A stretch of 64,000 bases of DNA from Oopsacas minuta (Eukaryota; Animalia; Porifera). The notes under the pieces are model-generated. The model was given only the letters and a program-made list of their open reading frames with translations. It searched no databases and was not told the DNA's origin. Position numbers and translations under genes: made by a program. Below are positions 60,582-64,000 of the stretch, in pieces (within the stretch, counting starts at the first letter, position 1; every line of letters begins with the position of its first letter). The DNA is taken from contig JAKMXF010000323.1 of the NCBI GenBank assembly GCA_024704765.1, forward strand, positions 1 to 64,000, read 5' to 3'.

Positions 60582-62940
60582 ATTCCTAGCAATTGTTAAT
60601 TCACCGGCTGCAGAAGTAACTATGATAAAGAAGAGAGAGTTCCCGTGTTCAAGATGCCACAGAAACCTCGTGAAGTTAGATACTCCTGGCTACAAGCTCT
60701 ACACAGGAGAGATGTAGAAGACCTCAAAGTTGTATACGTCTGTGTGAAGTATTTTGGAGAAGAAGTTATCGAATAATGATTCAGAGTACCGAATGGAGAC
60801 GGTAGTTATCGGGAAAAACCATAAAGACACCTCAAGCAGAAAGAAGGTGCAATGCCAGCACATCAACCAGGATGTTCAGCTTACATTTCATCCCACTCTG
60901 TTACCAAACTTACTTGTCTCTCTCAAGAGTCAAAGATGGTAAAACATCTCAATCAAACTGTAATACTCAGTCTGAATTCAGAGAAAAAGTAAAATAATAT
61001 GTTCTTGATCATGAGTTTCAAGGATTTATAAACTAAGATACCCTTCCTTTTAATAGCAAAACATGGATATTATGGGACCCAAATGAGCGCACTTTGATTT
61101 CATGCGTTCGTTATAGCTAAAGATAATATTATAGTTAATACCAACTTAATGATAGAATTTGATTTGACTATTAAAGCATATCATAAGGGCGAATTTTTTC
61201 CTATTTCTCTATCTTCCCTAAGTAATACACGACAACTTGAATTGATTCGAAATTTCCTATCATCTAAATGTCCCATTTCAACTCCAACAAGTTATTGAAA
61301 ATATGATGATCGGAAGTCAATAACGAATTCGTTGAGTATCCTGCAGAACTCTATAGACTTAAATTCATTCTATGTTTGCTTCAAAAAAACCTTCTTCCGA
61401 ACAGATGGCAGTATAACATGCAAATAAAATTGTTGCCCTCAAAACACATTTGATATCTGCTGCTCGGTGCTATTATCTTCAGGGCATGTCTTGCTCATCT
61501 GTACATTGAAAGCATTGTATGAATCTTTTGGGTTTGAAAATGAGTATTCTCCTTCTCAAGCAGGCCACTCAATCCTTTTCGCCAAAACAAAATCATGTTA
61601 TAATTAAAATGGATGAAATACATGTCAAATCTAACATATCGTATAATGGAGGCAAAATATATTGTTCTAATCTCAGATGATCCTACCAATCCATCTTTCG
61701 CCAACACAATATCTAGTCTTTATGAGAAATAGCCCAGTATTGTCCGTTTATTACCATGCTTCTATAACAGCAGAAAATATATTCAATATTAGCAAATATC
61801 GTATTTTAGAGGTTGAAGATTTTGATCATCTCTTTGATATAATCTTTACCAAAAATTTCGAAGTAATATGGTAAACTATTCAAATTATTCTCTCCAATTG
61901 GTAAACTGGAGGGCAGAGTACCTCATCCTTGTGGTATAAATAGGTGTCTTTTTATACATTTGGCTCTGTGCATATACTGGAAACTACTCGCTATAAGTGG
62001 TTAAATCAAAAGTTTGATAGCAAAGTATTTTCCTATCCTTAAATCCATAGCATTTCCATTGATCGAATTGTTTTGCCGTTGAGTTATGCCATGTTTCCTT
62101 TCGTAATATCCGTATCCTGTATGATTCTGAGCGAGAGAGTTCAGAAAAGTTGACCCCACGTTTGACGTTGAAATCATTTACCCTCCCAGCCTTGAGCGTC
62201 AGAATGTTAAGTAAGTATTGAAAATAGTTCATGAATCCACCATTGCTAATTTGACAATCAGAATGATCTACGTTCTACAGCTTTAAAGCTGACACATGTT
62301 TTTTGTTGGAATTCACCTCTCTGTGTGCAAAATCTTTAATGTCAAACGGCCGAACAAATATGTTCTTTTGGATGATCCGTTTTCCAAACTTTTGACAAAA
62401 AATGACGAGCGCTTTACTTTTCTAACTCTACTAATTTATTGGTTAGATGCTTGGCAATCCCTTCCTTAGAAAGGCGCAAGCTAATCAAGCAGGCATTCAC
62501 AAACTTCAGGCATGTATGTGCACAGTTGCCTCAAATTACCAAATATCTAACAGAGAACTGCGGCTATTATTAGCTATTAACATCATTCTTGCAAACAAAC
62601 CTATTGGAGCACCATTTTGGTCTCCATTCTATCACGTCGGGTGCTAATTATCAAATCTCATATCTTCAAAACTTAGATTCAGAACGCCGCCTCAAAGTTT
62701 CCAACATTTAGAAATTTATTCAACTAGACATTTTCTAGCAGTTCTTCTTTCCAGGATTCATTGAATCTTTCTCATTTGTGAGTTATGCGGAGTCAAATAT
62801 TGAAGTCGATCCTGATCCATTGATTAGAATATCAGATTTATCTGTCGTTGACTGTAGTAGGAAGATGTTACAATCATTAGTGTTTATGGCTGGGTATTCA
62901 ACAGGAATCCAATTCAGTACATGTTTTTACAACTCTCCAT
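60582..62940 (+). pseudogene. THAP-domain P-element-like (THAP9-type) transposase, decayed
   Basis: THAP domain PSNC*FTGCRSNY...VFKMP...W...VCVKYF...EGAMP. Core motifs IIKMDEIHVK (D at 61612), LERQNVK and QTNLLEHHFG...SGANYQIS (E at 62607). Ends not defined. Confidence 0.82.
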
Positions 62941-63224
62941 TTGCGGTGGTTGAAATACCCTTTCAAGTTAGTCCTCGAGTCAATCCTTAAGGTTTGGAAA
63001 TTATTCTTTATCATAGTGAATAACAACGACCTAAAGTCCATTTTAGTAGAAGGACCATCCAGAAAAAAAATCTAGACCATAGCCTACTAAACATAAGGCC
63101 TAACAGTTACTCGATTTGTGGCACAGGGGTGCGGTGTTAGCTGAAAGCATTTATAGACATAGTTTCTTTAGTACAGAAAAATGCATTTTTGGCTGAATAA
63201 GTGTTTTGCAGATTTGTAGGACAT

Positions 63225-64000
63225 CAAATTACACAAATAAATGGGAATAACTTTTAGGAATGTGCAAAAATATGTGCCTAGTAAGCATTCATTTTGTAAA
63301 ATATATCATTCTTTGATACCTTGTAGAACGTTTAATATTGCATTTACCAACTCAAAGTGAATAAATGAAATGATCTATAGATCCTTTTATACAAAATGTC
63401 AAAAATTTGTCATTCAAAAGTTGGCTTGTTGTTGAGTTAAGGTAGAGGCCATGGATGGCAATTTTTTATGAATATTCAATTATAACTAGAGAATCATTAA
63501 AATTATCGTAAAATCAGCGAAGGCAATTTATACTATTTACTCGACTTCTCACACTCTTGCAATACATTTTGATATGATATCTCTCACCAATGTGACGATG
63601 TCCATATATGGTCATTTTCAATATTCTGCAATACTCTTCAATTATTTCATTTCTAAATGTATCACAAGGGTATGGGAAGTCGAAAAAATAGTATAAATAG
63701 GCTATCCTGATTTACGATAACTGTAATGATTCTCGTGTTATAGTTGAATATTCATAAAAACTTGCCATCCATGGTCTCTACGTTAACCCAATAACGAGCC
63801 AACTTTTGAATGACAAATTTTTGACATTTTGTATAAAAGGATCTATAAATCATTTCATTTATTCACTTTGAGTTGATAAATGCAATATTCAACATTCTAC
63901 AAGGCATCAAAGAATGACATATTTTGCTAAATAAATGCTTGCTAGACAGATATTTTTATACATTTCTAAAGGTTTTTACCATTTATTTGTGTAAAATTTG
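63225..64000. repeat. Long inverted repeat (foldback/MITE-like), arms at least 340 bp, about 85-bp spacer, runs off the window end
   Basis: 63225-63570 is the reverse complement of about 63655-64000, for example ATCCTTTTATACAAAATGTCAAAAATTTGTCATTCAAAAGTTGGCT and its inverse. Confidence 0.92.

Overview
AT-rich eukaryotic DNA, most likely from an invertebrate animal (the species cannot be read from the sequence), consisting mostly of transposons and their remnants. Only one clear host gene is present: an alanine aminotransferase (GPT/ALT) of about 513 aa in two exons (10259-11191 and 33479-34087). Its single 22.3-kb GT-AG intron is packed with DNA transposons. The window opens in a 116-bp satellite interrupted by a 4.4-kb Ginger1 transposon carrying a spliced Gypsy-type integrase and an OTU deubiquitinase domain. 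Other elements include an apparently intact autonomous hAT (23924-26447), a Chapaev element nested in a mariner, Chapaev3, several mariner/Tc1/maT copies, a 5.4-kb MULE with internal cargo, Ginger2/TDD, a THAP-P-element remnant, an L2 LINE fragment and MITEs. The most interesting item is a decayed RAG1-like/Transib-like transposase (about 57820-59646). It shows the RAG1 core motifs plus segments resembling the RAG1 nonamer-binding domain and the RAG1L C-terminal tail, with no RAG2-like partner visible. All translations, alignments and family calls were done by eye; no database search was run.
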